The notes: generated by a model from the letters alone, not told the origin. Shown: positions 19,360 to 30,056, numbered from the stretch's first letter. The stretch is 43,467 bases of DNA from a virus (IMGVR_UViG_3300014204_000107:1-43467), one strand, 5' to 3'. Numbers and translations: made by a program.

Positions 19360-20485
19360 TGTAAAACTAACAAATATTCGAGGCAACCAATATATAGTGC
19401 ACGATAGAGGGTATTTGCAAGATTATGATAAAATACAAGTTACAAAATATAGTTTAGCAAGTTTTGCTGTTGCATACCCATGGAGACGAGCTATTATTAA
19501 TATAGAATTAGATACTGATTATAATACTGATTCAAATAAAAATGATTTAAAATCCTTTATTGATAAGGAATTTTGGAATATAGACACCATATTATCATTT
19601 AAAAGAAATTGTAAACAGCAGGATTGGATTGATACATATAGTTTAATAAATGACGATTTAATATTTTATACTGGCAATCACGATCATATATATGTAGACA
19701 ATTCACAGTATTTTGTTACACTAATTAATTCGCTAAGAAAATCCCTGCATAAATACCATACTATTATAACAAGCCACTGGCCAGAGAATATTAGATACAT
19801 AAAATGTGGGTATGTTGAATTAAATGAGCTGCAGCCTAGAAAGTTAAATGAAAATGTTAAAATACTTAATGATTGGGCAGAATATGATGGCATATGTATT
19901 GACAGCTTAAATATTATTACAAAAGAATTATATGCTGATTGGTTTTTATCTGGCAATTGGGGCGATTTTAATCTACCGAGAACAGATGGAATTGGTAATG
20001 GAACATTATTTGATGTTCGAAATTATTTAGGCTTGCCATTACCAATACAGAGAATAGTTATACCATACAGAGAACTTTTTAGGCATTTCGATGGATATTC
20101 GCATCAAAAAATTAATAACAATCAATGGCCTGCGTTATCAATACCGGATGGATTTTTTGAACGAGATATAAAAATACGATACGGATATATAGAACGCAAG
20201 CAAGGCTGGACAAATATTAACCCTGCAGTCGGAAATTATTATGCCTATGATGGACAAGGCACAGATTATAAATTATTAATTGATGAAATTCCTTTGGTTT
20301 GGAAAAATAGAATTTCTGAATTTAATATTTCTGACGATATGCCACCAGATATGCAAGTTTATAGATTTTATTCAATAGCATCAGTACTATATGCGGATCC
20401 ACGATATTCGCAATGGATTGATAATGTAGTAATACTGAATATATTAAATGAATACAACTTAAAACTTGATAGATATGGCAAATAA
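19343..20485 (+). CDS. Hypothetical protein in glycan cluster (possible GT-A fold)
   Basis: Long ORF; GNHDHIYVD, RHFDGYSH; first ATG at 19343. Confidence 0.55.
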   Translation: MVLLFNVKLTNIRGNQYIVHDRGYLQDYDKIQVTKYSLASFAVAYPWRRAIINIELDTDYNTDSNKNDLKSFIDKEFWNIDTILSFKRNCKQQDWIDTYSLINDDLIFYTGNHDHIYVDNSQYFVTLINSLRKSLHKYHTIITSHWPENIRYIKCGYVELNELQPRKLNENVKILNDWAEYDGICIDSLNIITKELYADWFLSGNWGDFNLPRTDGIGNGTLFDVRNYLGLPLPIQRIVIPYRELFRHFDGYSHQKINNNQWPALSIPDGFFERDIKIRYGYIERKQGWTNINPAVGNYYAYDGQGTDYKLLIDEIPLVWKNRISEFNISDDMPPDMQVYRFYSIASVLYADPRYSQWIDNVVILNILNEYNLKLDRYGK

Positions 20486-21410
20486 AGAATTTGCGTGTGT
20501 GTTATATTATACAGATAGTCGGTATGATGAACTATCTAAAAATACAATTGATAGTTTTCTAAAATTTAATGGAGATGAATGTGATTTATATTGTGTCAAT
20601 CATGTTAATATTGCTGAATTTAATAATGGTATGAAATATTATGAGCCAATAGATAACCCAGGTATAATGCAATATATATATGCATATGAAATAATGCTGC
20701 AATTCAACTATAAAAAAATGATAGTATTGGGGTGTGACACAATAGTTTGCAGTAGATTGGATGAGTTTTTAGATGATAGCACAGATGTATTAGCGTCATT
20801 AAATTATCCAATTAGAGAATCAACACAATATTGGAGTACACCAATATCAAAAATACCATTGAACAACGGGGAAGAAATATGTTTATATGACCATTCAAAT
20901 ATTAATGCTGACGTAGTATGTTTTAACAACCCGAACGCGCTAAAAAAAGTAATTGATTTAAGCATATCACATTATACTCATTTTTCAAATCAAGGTGGAT
21001 TAAATGAGTTGGCATGGGCGGATGGATCATACAAAGTGATGATAGTAGATGCAGCATATCCACTCAGTAAAATTTCATATAATGTTAGAAGCAAAGGTGT
21101 GCCGCGAACAAGTATGATTAGGAATGGTATATTAGTAAATTGCTCAAAATGGGGATGGAATCCAGCTGGTTTTTTTGATGGCGACCAATCGCCAATAAAA
21201 TATTGGTATGTTAAAGATAACAAACTATACACTAAAGACCATAAGCATATTAAATGTTTTCATTTTGCAGAAGGCTTAGGTGGTATGGCGGAAAAAGAAT
21301 TTAACGAATTAGTTAATGACTTTAAAATGAATTGGTTTAATGATGAAACCATTAATTTTTTTATTAATGAGTGCAATTGTAAAGAATTTTTTAAAGAAAG
21401 AATAATATGA
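20475..21410 (+). CDS. GT-A sugar transferase, paralog of 11740..12708
   Basis: First ATG at 20475; collinear similarity; the DxD position reads GCD. Confidence 0.7.
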   Translation: MANKEFACVLYYTDSRYDELSKNTIDSFLKFNGDECDLYCVNHVNIAEFNNGMKYYEPIDNPGIMQYIYAYEIMLQFNYKKMIVLGCDTIVCSRLDEFLDDSTDVLASLNYPIRESTQYWSTPISKIPLNNGEEICLYDHSNINADVVCFNNPNALKKVIDLSISHYTHFSNQGGLNELAWADGSYKVMIVDAAYPLSKISYNVRSKGVPRTSMIRNGILVNCSKWGWNPAGFFDGDQSPIKYWYVKDNKLYTKDHKHIKCFHFAEGLGGMAEKEFNELVNDFKMNWFNDETINFFINECNCKEFFKERII

Positions 21411-22363
21411 CAAAAAAAATCGTATATATAACTGGTTGCCTTGGGTTTATTGGTTCTTATGTTACAAGAGAATGTTTAAATAAAGGTTGGTATGTGCGCG
21501 GCGTAGATAAAATTACATATGCAGCAAATGCTGATTTATTAGTGGAATTTAATAAGTATTCTAATTTTGTATTTGAACAAAAAGATATTAATGATTTAAC
21601 TTGGTTGTATGATTGTGATTATGTAATTAATACAGCAGCCGAAACACACGTGGATAATTCAATTGTTAAGAGCGACGATTTCATACATTCAAATATAAAT
21701 GGTGTGCATAATTTGCTTGAATTAATTAGAAATAAACACCATTTTAAAATGCCAATATTATTGCATTTTAGTACAGATGAAGTATATGGTGATATCGTAG
21801 AGGGTATGCACATTGAAACTGATTTACTTAAACCAAGCAATCCATATTCAGCAACTAAAGCCGCAGCAGACCAATTAATTATTGCATGGGCACGAACATA
21901 TAAAGTTCCTTACATTATAGTACGGCCAACTAATAACTATGGTATTGGACAATATGTAGAAAAACTTATACCAAAAGCATGTAAATTTTTATCAATAGGA
22001 AGAAAAATACCATTGCATGAAAATGGTGAACCAAAAAGAATGTGGCTTCATGCAAAAGATACTGCAAATGCTATAATTACAATAATTGAAGCTGGCGTTA
22101 AGAATGAAATATATAATATATCTGGCAATTATGAAGAAAAAAATATTGAAATCATTACAAAAATATTGATGCAATATTACAAACCCATTGATTATTTAGA
22201 CCTCAACCATTTTATTGATTTTAATGTAACTCGGTTAGGGCAGGATGTAAGGTATGCAATAGATGATACAAAACTTAAGCAATTGGGGTGGCAACCAATA
22301 TGTAATTTTGGTGAAGAATTAAACAGTATAGTGCAATATTATAAGAATAAATTTATATGGTAA
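21407..22363 (+). CDS. rfbB: dTDP-glucose 4,6-dehydratase
   Basis: TGCLGFIG, DKITYA, AAETHVDNSI, STDEVYG, PSNPYSATKAAAD, GQDVRYAID. Confidence 0.88.
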   Translation: MTKKIVYITGCLGFIGSYVTRECLNKGWYVRGVDKITYAANADLLVEFNKYSNFVFEQKDINDLTWLYDCDYVINTAAETHVDNSIVKSDDFIHSNINGVHNLLELIRNKHHFKMPILLHFSTDEVYGDIVEGMHIETDLLKPSNPYSATKAAADQLIIAWARTYKVPYIIVRPTNNYGIGQYVEKLIPKACKFLSIGRKIPLHENGEPKRMWLHAKDTANAIITIIEAGVKNEIYNISGNYEEKNIEIITKILMQYYKPIDYLDLNHFIDFNVTRLGQDVRYAIDDTKLKQLGWQPICNFGEELNSIVQYYKNKFIW

Positions 22364-22995
22364 CCAAAAATGACAAGTTACGACTATTACAATTATTATA
22401 TGAGCATACTGAAGGCCATATTGGTAGTTGTTTTGGCGGATTAGAAATAATAGATGGCATATATAATGATATGTCAGCGAATGATATTTTTATATTGTCA
22501 TCGGGGCATTTGGGGTTTGCATTATATACAATTATTGAAAAATACAAAAAAATTGATGCCCAATTATTAGTCAATTTATGTGGTGTTCATCCCGTTAGAG
22601 CTGAAAAATATGGCATATACTGCTCTACTGGTAGTTTAGGTGCTGGAATAACTATTGCGGTTGGCAGAGCAATTGCAAATAAAAATCAAGTAGTTCACGT
22701 ATTGATAAGTGATGGTGAGACTGCGGAGGGGTCGGTTTGGGAATCTTTGCGGTATATTCACGATAAAAATATTAATAATATCAAAGTATATTGTAATATA
22801 AATGGATACACTGCATATGAATCAATAGATATGGATTATTTAGAAATGAGATTAAAATCGTTTTTACCAACCATTAATATATGCAGAACAAAGGTTAATT
22901 ATTTTCCCTTTTTGCATGGAATTAATGCACACTATCATATTATGAGTGAAATTGATTATACATTGGCAACAAATATAGTAAAAAATGAATATTAG
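22357..22995 (+). CDS. Transketolase-like ThDP-binding (N-terminal) subunit
   Basis: GHIGS, LSSGH, STGSLGAG, SDGETAEGSVWE...N. Confidence 0.85.
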   Translation: MVTKNDKLRLLQLLYEHTEGHIGSCFGGLEIIDGIYNDMSANDIFILSSGHLGFALYTIIEKYKKIDAQLLVNLCGVHPVRAEKYGIYCSTGSLGAGITIAVGRAIANKNQVVHVLISDGETAEGSVWESLRYIHDKNINNIKVYCNINGYTAYESIDMDYLEMRLKSFLPTINICRTKVNYFPFLHGINAHYHIMSEIDYTLATNIVKNEY

Positions 22996-23470
22996 ACAGT
23001 CTTTTATATCATTATTATATGATGAAATGGCAAATAATAATGATATTGTGGTTTTAGTTGGTGACTTGGGCTACGGGTTATTTGACAAAATAAGATTAGA
23101 TTACCCTGATAGGTTTTACAATCCATTATCTGCTGAACAATTAATGGTTGGTATGGCAATTGGTATGGCAATGGAAGGAAAGATTCCGTTCTGTTATTCA
23201 ATAACGCCATTTTTAATTTACCGACCATTTGAACTATTGAGAAATTATTTAAATCATGAGAAAATTCCGGTGAAATTACTTGGGGGTGGCAGAGATAATG
23301 AATATGCCAGTTTAGGATTTTCACATTGGGCAACAGATGACAAACAAAATTTAAACGGTTTGCAAAACATACAAAAATTTTGGCCATCGGCCGATGAAGA
23401 ACTAAAATCGGTTATGGCGGTGGCAATTAATAATAGTTTACCATGTTATATTAATTTATCAAAGAAATGA
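22985..23470 (+). CDS. Transketolase-like pyrimidine-binding subunit (no third domain)
   Basis: GDLG, AEQLMVGMAIGMA.EG, YSITPFL..RPFE, GFSH; only 161 aa. Confidence 0.85.
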   Translation: MNIRQSFISLLYDEMANNNDIVVLVGDLGYGLFDKIRLDYPDRFYNPLSAEQLMVGMAIGMAMEGKIPFCYSITPFLIYRPFELLRNYLNHEKIPVKLLGGGRDNEYASLGFSHWATDDKQNLNGLQNIQKFWPSADEELKSVMAVAINNSLPCYINLSKK

Positions 23471-24288
23471 AAATATTAATCACAGGTGCCAATGGCTTTA
23501 TTGGTAGAAATTTATATAAAAGCTTGCAAGCTTGCAAACAATATGAAGTAATTGGTTTAACAAGGAAAGACTGCGATTTAACTGATTGCTTACAAGTTAA
23601 TGAATATTTTAAAGATAAATATTTTGATATTGTTATACATACAGCAATAAATGGCGGCCGTAGACTTATTAAAGATGAACCTAGCATATTTCATAATAAT
23701 TTGGTCATGGCTGTTAATTTACTTGCTAATAAACAATCATTTAAATATTTTTTTAATTTTAGTTCTGGTGCAGAAAATAATGAAGCCATAGATAATGGAC
23801 TATATTATGCTGCATCAAAGTATATTATAACGAACATGGTTAGAAATTATAATTGGGCCAGACAGTTTAAAATATATGGTTGCTTTGGTGTTGACGAAGA
23901 ACCACAAAGATTAATTAAAAGCAGCATATTACGCTATATTAATAAAGAGCCAATGGTTTGTAATGAGAATAAATACATGGACTTTATTTATATAGAAGAT
24001 GTTTGTACAATAATAAAGCACTATATAAATCATATAGAGGATATAGGTTTGCTGCATGAAATAGATCTTGTATATGCAGAAAAATATAAATTATTAGGTA
24101 TACTTAACATTATTAATAATTTGGATAATTACAAAGTTGATATTATTCAAGTGGATACAACTTTAAAGAACCATTATTGTGGTCGATTTGCGTTAGATCA
24201 GATCGATGCTCTAGATAGACATATAGTTGGTATTCATAGTGGAATAAAAGCTGTTTATAACGAATGCAAATCAATGTTACATGAATAA
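23467..24288 (+). CDS. NAD-dependent epimerase/reductase (extended SDR)
   Basis: ITGANGFIG, SSGAE, YAASK (YxxxK), YGCFG. Confidence 0.82.
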   Translation: MKILITGANGFIGRNLYKSLQACKQYEVIGLTRKDCDLTDCLQVNEYFKDKYFDIVIHTAINGGRRLIKDEPSIFHNNLVMAVNLLANKQSFKYFFNFSSGAENNEAIDNGLYYAASKYIITNMVRNYNWARQFKIYGCFGVDEEPQRLIKSSILRYINKEPMVCNENKYMDFIYIEDVCTIIKHYINHIEDIGLLHEIDLVYAEKYKLLGILNIINNLDNYKVDIIQVDTTLKNHYCGRFALDQIDALDRHIVGIHSGIKAVYNECKSMLHE

Positions 24289-24937
24289 TAAGTTTGAACG
24301 GGGGAATAATACAGTAGAATATTGGAATGATAAACACCATTATTATGGTATAGTAGAAAAGCCGTATGCAGAAACAATGATTAAAAATTGGGAAAATGAT
24401 ATATCCGACCAAGGCTGTGCTATTGCGTTTATTAAAGAAAATCAAAATGCAATTCTTAGAAAATCATTAGTAGATGTTGGATGCGCGCACGGAATTCTTT
24501 TATATTATTTGAAAGAGAATGTTATTAAGGATTGGGAATTAGTCGGTTATGATTTTAGTGACTTTATTATCAATAATAATGCATCAAAGTATAATAAAGT
24601 TAAATGGGAACAGCGTGACATATTAGAATTTCCAATCGATAGAGAATTTGGTGTTATAACGTGCATACAAACAATTGAGCATTTTGCTGAAGGTGACAAT
24701 TATAAACTATTAGATAATATGTTGGACCATTGCGAATATGCAATTATAGCAACTGTTGATACTATTGATAGTTGTTTTGGTGAACATTTAAGCCATTATA
24801 CAATTGATACATTTGATAACTTGGGTTATGATGTGATATGGAAATCAAAATTTGATAAAATTGATATGTCGAACGTGGGCGATTATGGTGATTATCATTA
24901 TATTTTGTTTATTATAAAAGGCAAATTATGCAAATAA
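24281..24937 (+). CDS. Class I SAM-dependent methyltransferase
   Basis: VDVGCAHG, GYDFS, QTIEH. Confidence 0.78.
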   Translation: MNNKFERGNNTVEYWNDKHHYYGIVEKPYAETMIKNWENDISDQGCAIAFIKENQNAILRKSLVDVGCAHGILLYYLKENVIKDWELVGYDFSDFIINNNASKYNKVKWEQRDILEFPIDREFGVITCIQTIEHFAEGDNYKLLDNMLDHCEYAIIATVDTIDSCFGEHLSHYTIDTFDNLGYDVIWKSKFDKIDMSNVGDYGDYHYILFIIKGKLCK

Positions 24938-26163
24938 GTTTAGTAATACCATCACGCAATACATTAAAGTATTTAAAACAAGCTTATCATAGTATTAGAA
25001 ATAATATTACAGAACAGCACGAATTAATATTAATGGATGACGCATCAACTGATGGTACTTGGGAGTGGTTGCAAGAAATTAAAGCACAAGATAAGAATGT
25101 GCAAATATATCGTAATGATACAGACGATAGAGTGGGACATACTATACTATATGATTTGGGAGCATCAATGTCAAAGCATGAAATATTTGGAATATTTCAT
25201 AGTGATATGATAGCAACGCCAAATTATGTAGATAATATGGTTAAGCATTTAAAAAGAGGCACAGTAATCAGCGCAACTCGCGTAGAACCCCCCTTACACC
25301 CAGGTGGACCAGAGAAAATAGTTTATAATTTTGGCATGGAGCCAGAAGAATTTCAAGAAGATGAATTTAAGTTATTTGTTGCAAAGCAAGAAGAAATTAA
25401 TTCTAATAATATTACTACTGGTATATTTGCGCCATGGATAATTTATAAGAAAGATTTCTTTGCTATTGGTGGTCATGATTTATTGTTTGCACCAATGGAA
25501 TTAGAAGATTCAGACTTATTCAATAGAATGTTGCTTGCTGGATACAACTTAATTCAAAGTAGAGATTCATTCGTCTATCATATGACATGCAGAGGCAGTA
25601 GATTTAAAGATGGATTAGAAATAGAACAAGTAATAGATTTGCCAGATGGCACAAAATGGTATAAACCAAAAAATAGTGAAGAATACACTATATTGCGCAA
25701 TATTAAATTTAGAGAGTGGTGGAGGAAATGGCACAGCGATGTATTACATGACGAGAATATGCTACCAATAATACAACCAAGATATGATATTACATTTATT
25801 GTTCATAATTGCACATATACTGATTTACAATATTTAGAACCTTGGTGTGATAGAATATATATTGATAATGTATCATTGAAAAAAAATTATATTGAATCTG
25901 AGAGTAAGATATCATGCTTTAGTCTTGACGAAAGAATAAAAATTATTGGCAATGATAGTATTATTGGTGGTATAATAATAGATTGTATAGATAATAGAAT
26001 ACAAGACTATTTTCAATACTTGACAACAATGTTGCCTGATATAATTAAAAAAACATACCCGGAACTTAATAATAAGTTATCTACTTATTTTAATATTACA
26101 ATCAATGACGATACCCGGCTTGAAAAGCATATGATACAACCCCTAATAAAACAAGAATTATGA
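24928..26163 (+). CDS. GT2 glycosyltransferase, paralog of 30057..31274
   Basis: LVIPSRN, MDDASTDGT, HSDM, RVEPPLH, GGHD..FAP..EDSD, YHMTCRG. Confidence 0.85.
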   Translation: MQISLVIPSRNTLKYLKQAYHSIRNNITEQHELILMDDASTDGTWEWLQEIKAQDKNVQIYRNDTDDRVGHTILYDLGASMSKHEIFGIFHSDMIATPNYVDNMVKHLKRGTVISATRVEPPLHPGGPEKIVYNFGMEPEEFQEDEFKLFVAKQEEINSNNITTGIFAPWIIYKKDFFAIGGHDLLFAPMELEDSDLFNRMLLAGYNLIQSRDSFVYHMTCRGSRFKDGLEIEQVIDLPDGTKWYKPKNSEEYTILRNIKFREWWRKWHSDVLHDENMLPIIQPRYDITFIVHNCTYTDLQYLEPWCDRIYIDNVSLKKNYIESESKISCFSLDERIKIIGNDSIIGGIIIDCIDNRIQDYFQYLTTMLPDIIKKTYPELNNKLSTYFNITINDDTRLEKHMIQPLIKQEL

Positions 26164-27164
26164 AAGTAGCATTTATTACTGAATCAAATTATATGTCTAA
26201 AGTACCTAGCGATATGACCAACATGCGCACAGAGTATAGCTGGATCCATGCGTTAGATGCTATGCATTATCCTATAACAAGATATACATTGGTAAAAGAT
26301 TATGATTTAGTTATAATAATATGGCCAAAGCTTAAAATAGGAATATCATCAGATGCCAATCCAATAGGGATATACAGACAGCCGGTGTTGCAAGAAATAT
26401 TTGCAAACAATATTGTTAATGAACTAAAAGAAAGAAATAAATATGTTGCATACATGCAAGAAGGGCCATCTTGGTTTATGACTGATTACGAAATACAAGA
26501 TCAGTTTAATTTATTTAAAAGAATGGAAGAAAGTGATATTATATTTTGTCATAATCAATATGATATGAAATGGTATGAAGGATTATTTCCTAATAAAGAA
26601 GTATATCCAATGCCAACTTTAATGATTGAAGAATTAATTAAAGACATAGTGCCAACTAAAGAAGATAAAACTATTATTGGTGGTAACTTTGCGCGTTGGT
26701 ATGGTGGATTTCAAAGTTATTATGTTGCATCACATTTTAATAATGAAATATGGACTATGACATCACATGCAATGCGTGAAGGAGAAGATCAAATACCAAA
26801 TTTAAAACATCTACCAAGATTGTGGTGGAATGAGTGGATGCAAGAGTTATCTACTTTTAAATATGCAGTACATTTAATGCCCACTGCAGCTGCAGGAACT
26901 TTTAGCTTGAATTGTGCGTTTTTTGGTGTCCCGTGCATAGGTAATATTAAAATAGATACGCAAAGAATATGCTTTCCAAAATTATCAATTGACGTAGATG
27001 ATATTGAATCTGCTAGAGAATTAGCAATTAGATTGAAGGAAGATGAAGAATTTTATAATGCTTGTTCTGTAACAGCAAAAGAAAAATATCGGGCAGAATA
27101 CGATATTGACGTTTTTCAAAAGTATTTCAAACACATTGGAAATAAATTCAAATTAAATGGATAA
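26160..27164 (+). CDS. Hypothetical protein, probable GT-B glycosyltransferase
   Basis: C-terminal AVHLM..AAAGTFSLNCAFFGVPCIG resembles GT-B donor-binding region; cluster context. Confidence 0.5.
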   Translation: MKVAFITESNYMSKVPSDMTNMRTEYSWIHALDAMHYPITRYTLVKDYDLVIIIWPKLKIGISSDANPIGIYRQPVLQEIFANNIVNELKERNKYVAYMQEGPSWFMTDYEIQDQFNLFKRMEESDIIFCHNQYDMKWYEGLFPNKEVYPMPTLMIEELIKDIVPTKEDKTIIGGNFARWYGGFQSYYVASHFNNEIWTMTSHAMREGEDQIPNLKHLPRLWWNEWMQELSTFKYAVHLMPTAAAGTFSLNCAFFGVPCIGNIKIDTQRICFPKLSIDVDDIESARELAIRLKEDEEFYNACSVTAKEKYRAEYDIDVFQKYFKHIGNKFKLNG

Positions 27165-27852
27165 AAGAATATATGATGAAATTCACGCAAATGATATATA
27201 TGCTGGATTAGAAAGTTTTTGCAAACACGCTGGTATTAAACCAATGTTACATTTAGGTTCGGCAAACCACGATGTGCCATTTGATGTTATAATTGGTAAT
27301 AATAAGCCAAGATTAATAATTGAAATTGGGTCATATTTAGGATCTTCTGCTATTCTAATGGCAAATACACTTAAAAAACATGGTGTCGAAGATTTTACTA
27401 TAATATGCATTGATACATGGCTTGGTTCGCCTGAAAATTATGTCAATCCAGAAGACGAAGAACATAATATTCTAAAGCATGCAAAGCATGGTTATCCAGT
27501 TATGTATTATCAATTTTTGCTTAATATAAAAGAAGCAGGATTAGAAAATTATATAATTCCTATACCAAATACATCATATAATGCCATAACAATTATAAAA
27601 CATATATTTGATAAATATAACTTGCAAGCATGCATGATATATGATGATGGTGCACATGATACACATTCTGTACAGCAGGATGTTTTTTATTATTATCAAT
27701 TTTTGAAACCCGGTGGAATAATGTGCGGAGATGATCTTGTATGGAAAACTGTTGAAGCAGGAGTAATAAATGCGTTACATGATTTAAATATACCTCTAGA
27801 GAATTTGCAGGCATTTGAGCCAAATAAAATATTTTGGTTTTTTACTAAATAA
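27157..27852 (+). CDS. SAM-dependent methyltransferase (Methyltransf_24/CmcI-like), paralog of 29364..30053
   Basis: IEIGSYLGSS, IDTWLGS, YDDGAHD, CGDD. Confidence 0.8.
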   Translation: MDKRIYDEIHANDIYAGLESFCKHAGIKPMLHLGSANHDVPFDVIIGNNKPRLIIEIGSYLGSSAILMANTLKKHGVEDFTIICIDTWLGSPENYVNPEDEEHNILKHAKHGYPVMYYQFLLNIKEAGLENYIIPIPNTSYNAITIIKHIFDKYNLQACMIYDDGAHDTHSVQQDVFYYYQFLKPGGIMCGDDLVWKTVEAGVINALHDLNIPLENLQAFEPNKIFWFFTK

Positions 27853-27860
27853 TATACCGC

Positions 27861-28466
27861 ATGGAAAAACAATATACATCAGATTGGTTCAGCAATAATA
27901 TTCCTGTATGGGATCAAATATTTACCGAGACACAATTTATAGGGCGAGAAAATTTAAGATTTTTAGAAATTGGTTGTTATGAAGGCAGGGCAACAACATA
28001 TTTATTAGAAAATATTCTTACTCACCCAACAAGTAGAATAGATGTCATAGATAATTTTTTAGGTTCGCCGACTGAAAGTGGAATGAATTGGCAATTCAAT
28101 GATTATAAACATATATATGCAAATTTTATGCATAATATGCGGGACTATTTAGATAAAATTAATGTATATATTGGCAAGTCTGCAGACATTCTAAAGACAC
28201 ATATGATACTTGCCAATAAATATGATTTTATTTATATAGATGGCTCGCATTTTACTTATAATGTATTGGAAGACGCAGTATTATGCCACTCCTTATTAAA
28301 TCTTTATGGTATAATTATATTTGACGATTATGGGTGGGTAGACCCAAATAATACACAGCCAACCAATAGCCCAGCATTAGGGATTAGTTCATTTTGTAAT
28401 TGCTATTCAGACTATTATAGAGTATTTTTAAATTCATACCAAGTTGGTGTACAAAAAATCAAATAA
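27861..28466 (+). CDS. SAM-dependent methyltransferase (Methyltransf_24-like)
   Basis: LEIGCYEG, IDNF.GS, YIDGSH, FDDY. Confidence 0.8.
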   Translation: MEKQYTSDWFSNNIPVWDQIFTETQFIGRENLRFLEIGCYEGRATTYLLENILTHPTSRIDVIDNFLGSPTESGMNWQFNDYKHIYANFMHNMRDYLDKINVYIGKSADILKTHMILANKYDFIYIDGSHFTYNVLEDAVLCHSLLNLYGIIIFDDYGWVDPNNTQPTNSPALGISSFCNCYSDYYRVFLNSYQVGVQKIK

Positions 28467-28489
28467 TTCATATTTGTAATTAAATTATT

Positions 28490-29383
28490 ATGCTAACTAA
28501 TATATTTAAATATAGTAACATTCCATATAAATATGATTATACAAGTAAAGTGATCAATTTAATATTACCATACTTTAATGATAATGTTAATTTAGTTTTA
28601 GCGCATGCTAGAAATGATGGTGGATATAGTTATGAAAACAATATGAAAAAAATAATTAGTTCTGCAATTGTAAACAAATTTAATATCTTATATTTGATAG
28701 GTGATGAAGATCAATGGCGGTTTCCAATATTAGAAGAGGCATACTATTTAATATTTCGTACTTACAATAATAATAACACTTGCAATTATGATAGAGTATT
28801 TCCAATTCCATGCGGACATAATTTAAAACACATATTAGAATATAATAATGACTCATTAACAGATGCCGAAATACAACAGTATTTTAAACCATTTGATGAA
28901 CGAAAGTTAACATTTAGCTTTTCTGGCCAATTAGCTGATAATAGATTGGCTATGGTAAATGCTATATTTTCAATTAAAGATTATTTTAGCCATTATATTA
29001 ATATAACTGATAGGTTTGCTGCTGGAATACCATTAAAAGAATTTTATAACATATTGGGTGATTCTAAAATAGCTATCGTTCCTGTCGGCAAACAAATTGA
29101 TGAATCATTTAGATTCTTTGAAGCTGCAAGAATGGGGTGTATCATTCTGACAGATTTTCCTGTTGATAAATATAAAGATGTGTGGTATTATAATAATGCT
29201 GCCGCGCATCAAATACATGATTGGAGAGAATTAGATGCAGCCTTAATAGTTAACTTATTAAATAATTCAATACAAAATAAAGAAGTTATACAGTATTATG
29301 AAGATAAATTATCTTTTAATGCAGTAGCAGAATATATTACAAAAATAATAAAACAAAAAACAAATGGACAATTTAATTTATAA
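28490..29383 (+). CDS. Exostosin/GT47-like glycosyltransferase
   Basis: FSFSGQ...R, SKIAIVPVG...SFRFFEAARMGCI. Confidence 0.65.
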   Translation: MLTNIFKYSNIPYKYDYTSKVINLILPYFNDNVNLVLAHARNDGGYSYENNMKKIISSAIVNKFNILYLIGDEDQWRFPILEEAYYLIFRTYNNNNTCNYDRVFPIPCGHNLKHILEYNNDSLTDAEIQQYFKPFDERKLTFSFSGQLADNRLAMVNAIFSIKDYFSHYINITDRFAAGIPLKEFYNILGDSKIAIVPVGKQIDESFRFFEAARMGCIILTDFPVDKYKDVWYYNNAAAHQIHDWRELDAALIVNLLNNSIQNKEVIQYYEDKLSFNAVAEYITKIIKQKTNGQFNL

Positions 29384-30053
29384 GGCATTTTACGATATTG
29401 ACATATATGATGGTATTGAAAATTTTTGTGCATTAAATAATATACCAACTGTTTTAGAATTGGGTTCAAGCGCACACGATACGCCGTTTGATATATTAAT
29501 TGGTACCAATAAGCCAAAATTAATTATTGAAATTGGTTCATATTTGGGAGCATCTGCTATTTTAATGGCAAACACACTTAAAAAACATGGTGTTGAAGAT
29601 TTTACTATAATATGCATTGATACTTGGCTTGGTTCAGCCGAACATTATACTATACATAAACAGTTTAGCCCGTTTCAAAAATATGCGAAGCATGGATATT
29701 CAACCATGTATTATCAATTTCTTAATAATGTAAAATTAGCTGGCCTGCAAAACAACATAATTCCATTACCACTACCATCAAATGCAGCAGCTGAAGTATT
29801 ACGACACATATTTAATAATAAATTATTTGCTGATTTGGTATATGTTGATGGGGCGCATGATACGCAAAGTGTTCACCAAGATTCATTTAATTATTATAAT
29901 TTACTTAAGGTTGGTGGAATATTATGCGGAGATGATATGATATGGCCATCAGTAGCAGCAGGTGTTATTAATGCATTAAATGATTTAAATGTGCCAATTG
30001 GCAGGTTACAAGTGTTTGAACCAAATAAAGTATTTTGGTTTTTAAAAAAATAA
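29364..30053 (+). CDS. SAM-dependent methyltransferase, paralog of 27157..27852
   Basis: IEIGSYLGAS, YVDGAHD, CGDD; near-identical DNA block with its paralog. Confidence 0.8.
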   Translation: MDNLIYKAFYDIDIYDGIENFCALNNIPTVLELGSSAHDTPFDILIGTNKPKLIIEIGSYLGASAILMANTLKKHGVEDFTIICIDTWLGSAEHYTIHKQFSPFQKYAKHGYSTMYYQFLNNVKLAGLQNNIIPLPLPSNAAAEVLRHIFNNKLFADLVYVDGAHDTQSVHQDSFNYYNLLKVGGILCGDDMIWPSVAAGVINALNDLNVPIGRLQVFEPNKVFWFLKK

Positions 30054-30056
30054 AAT

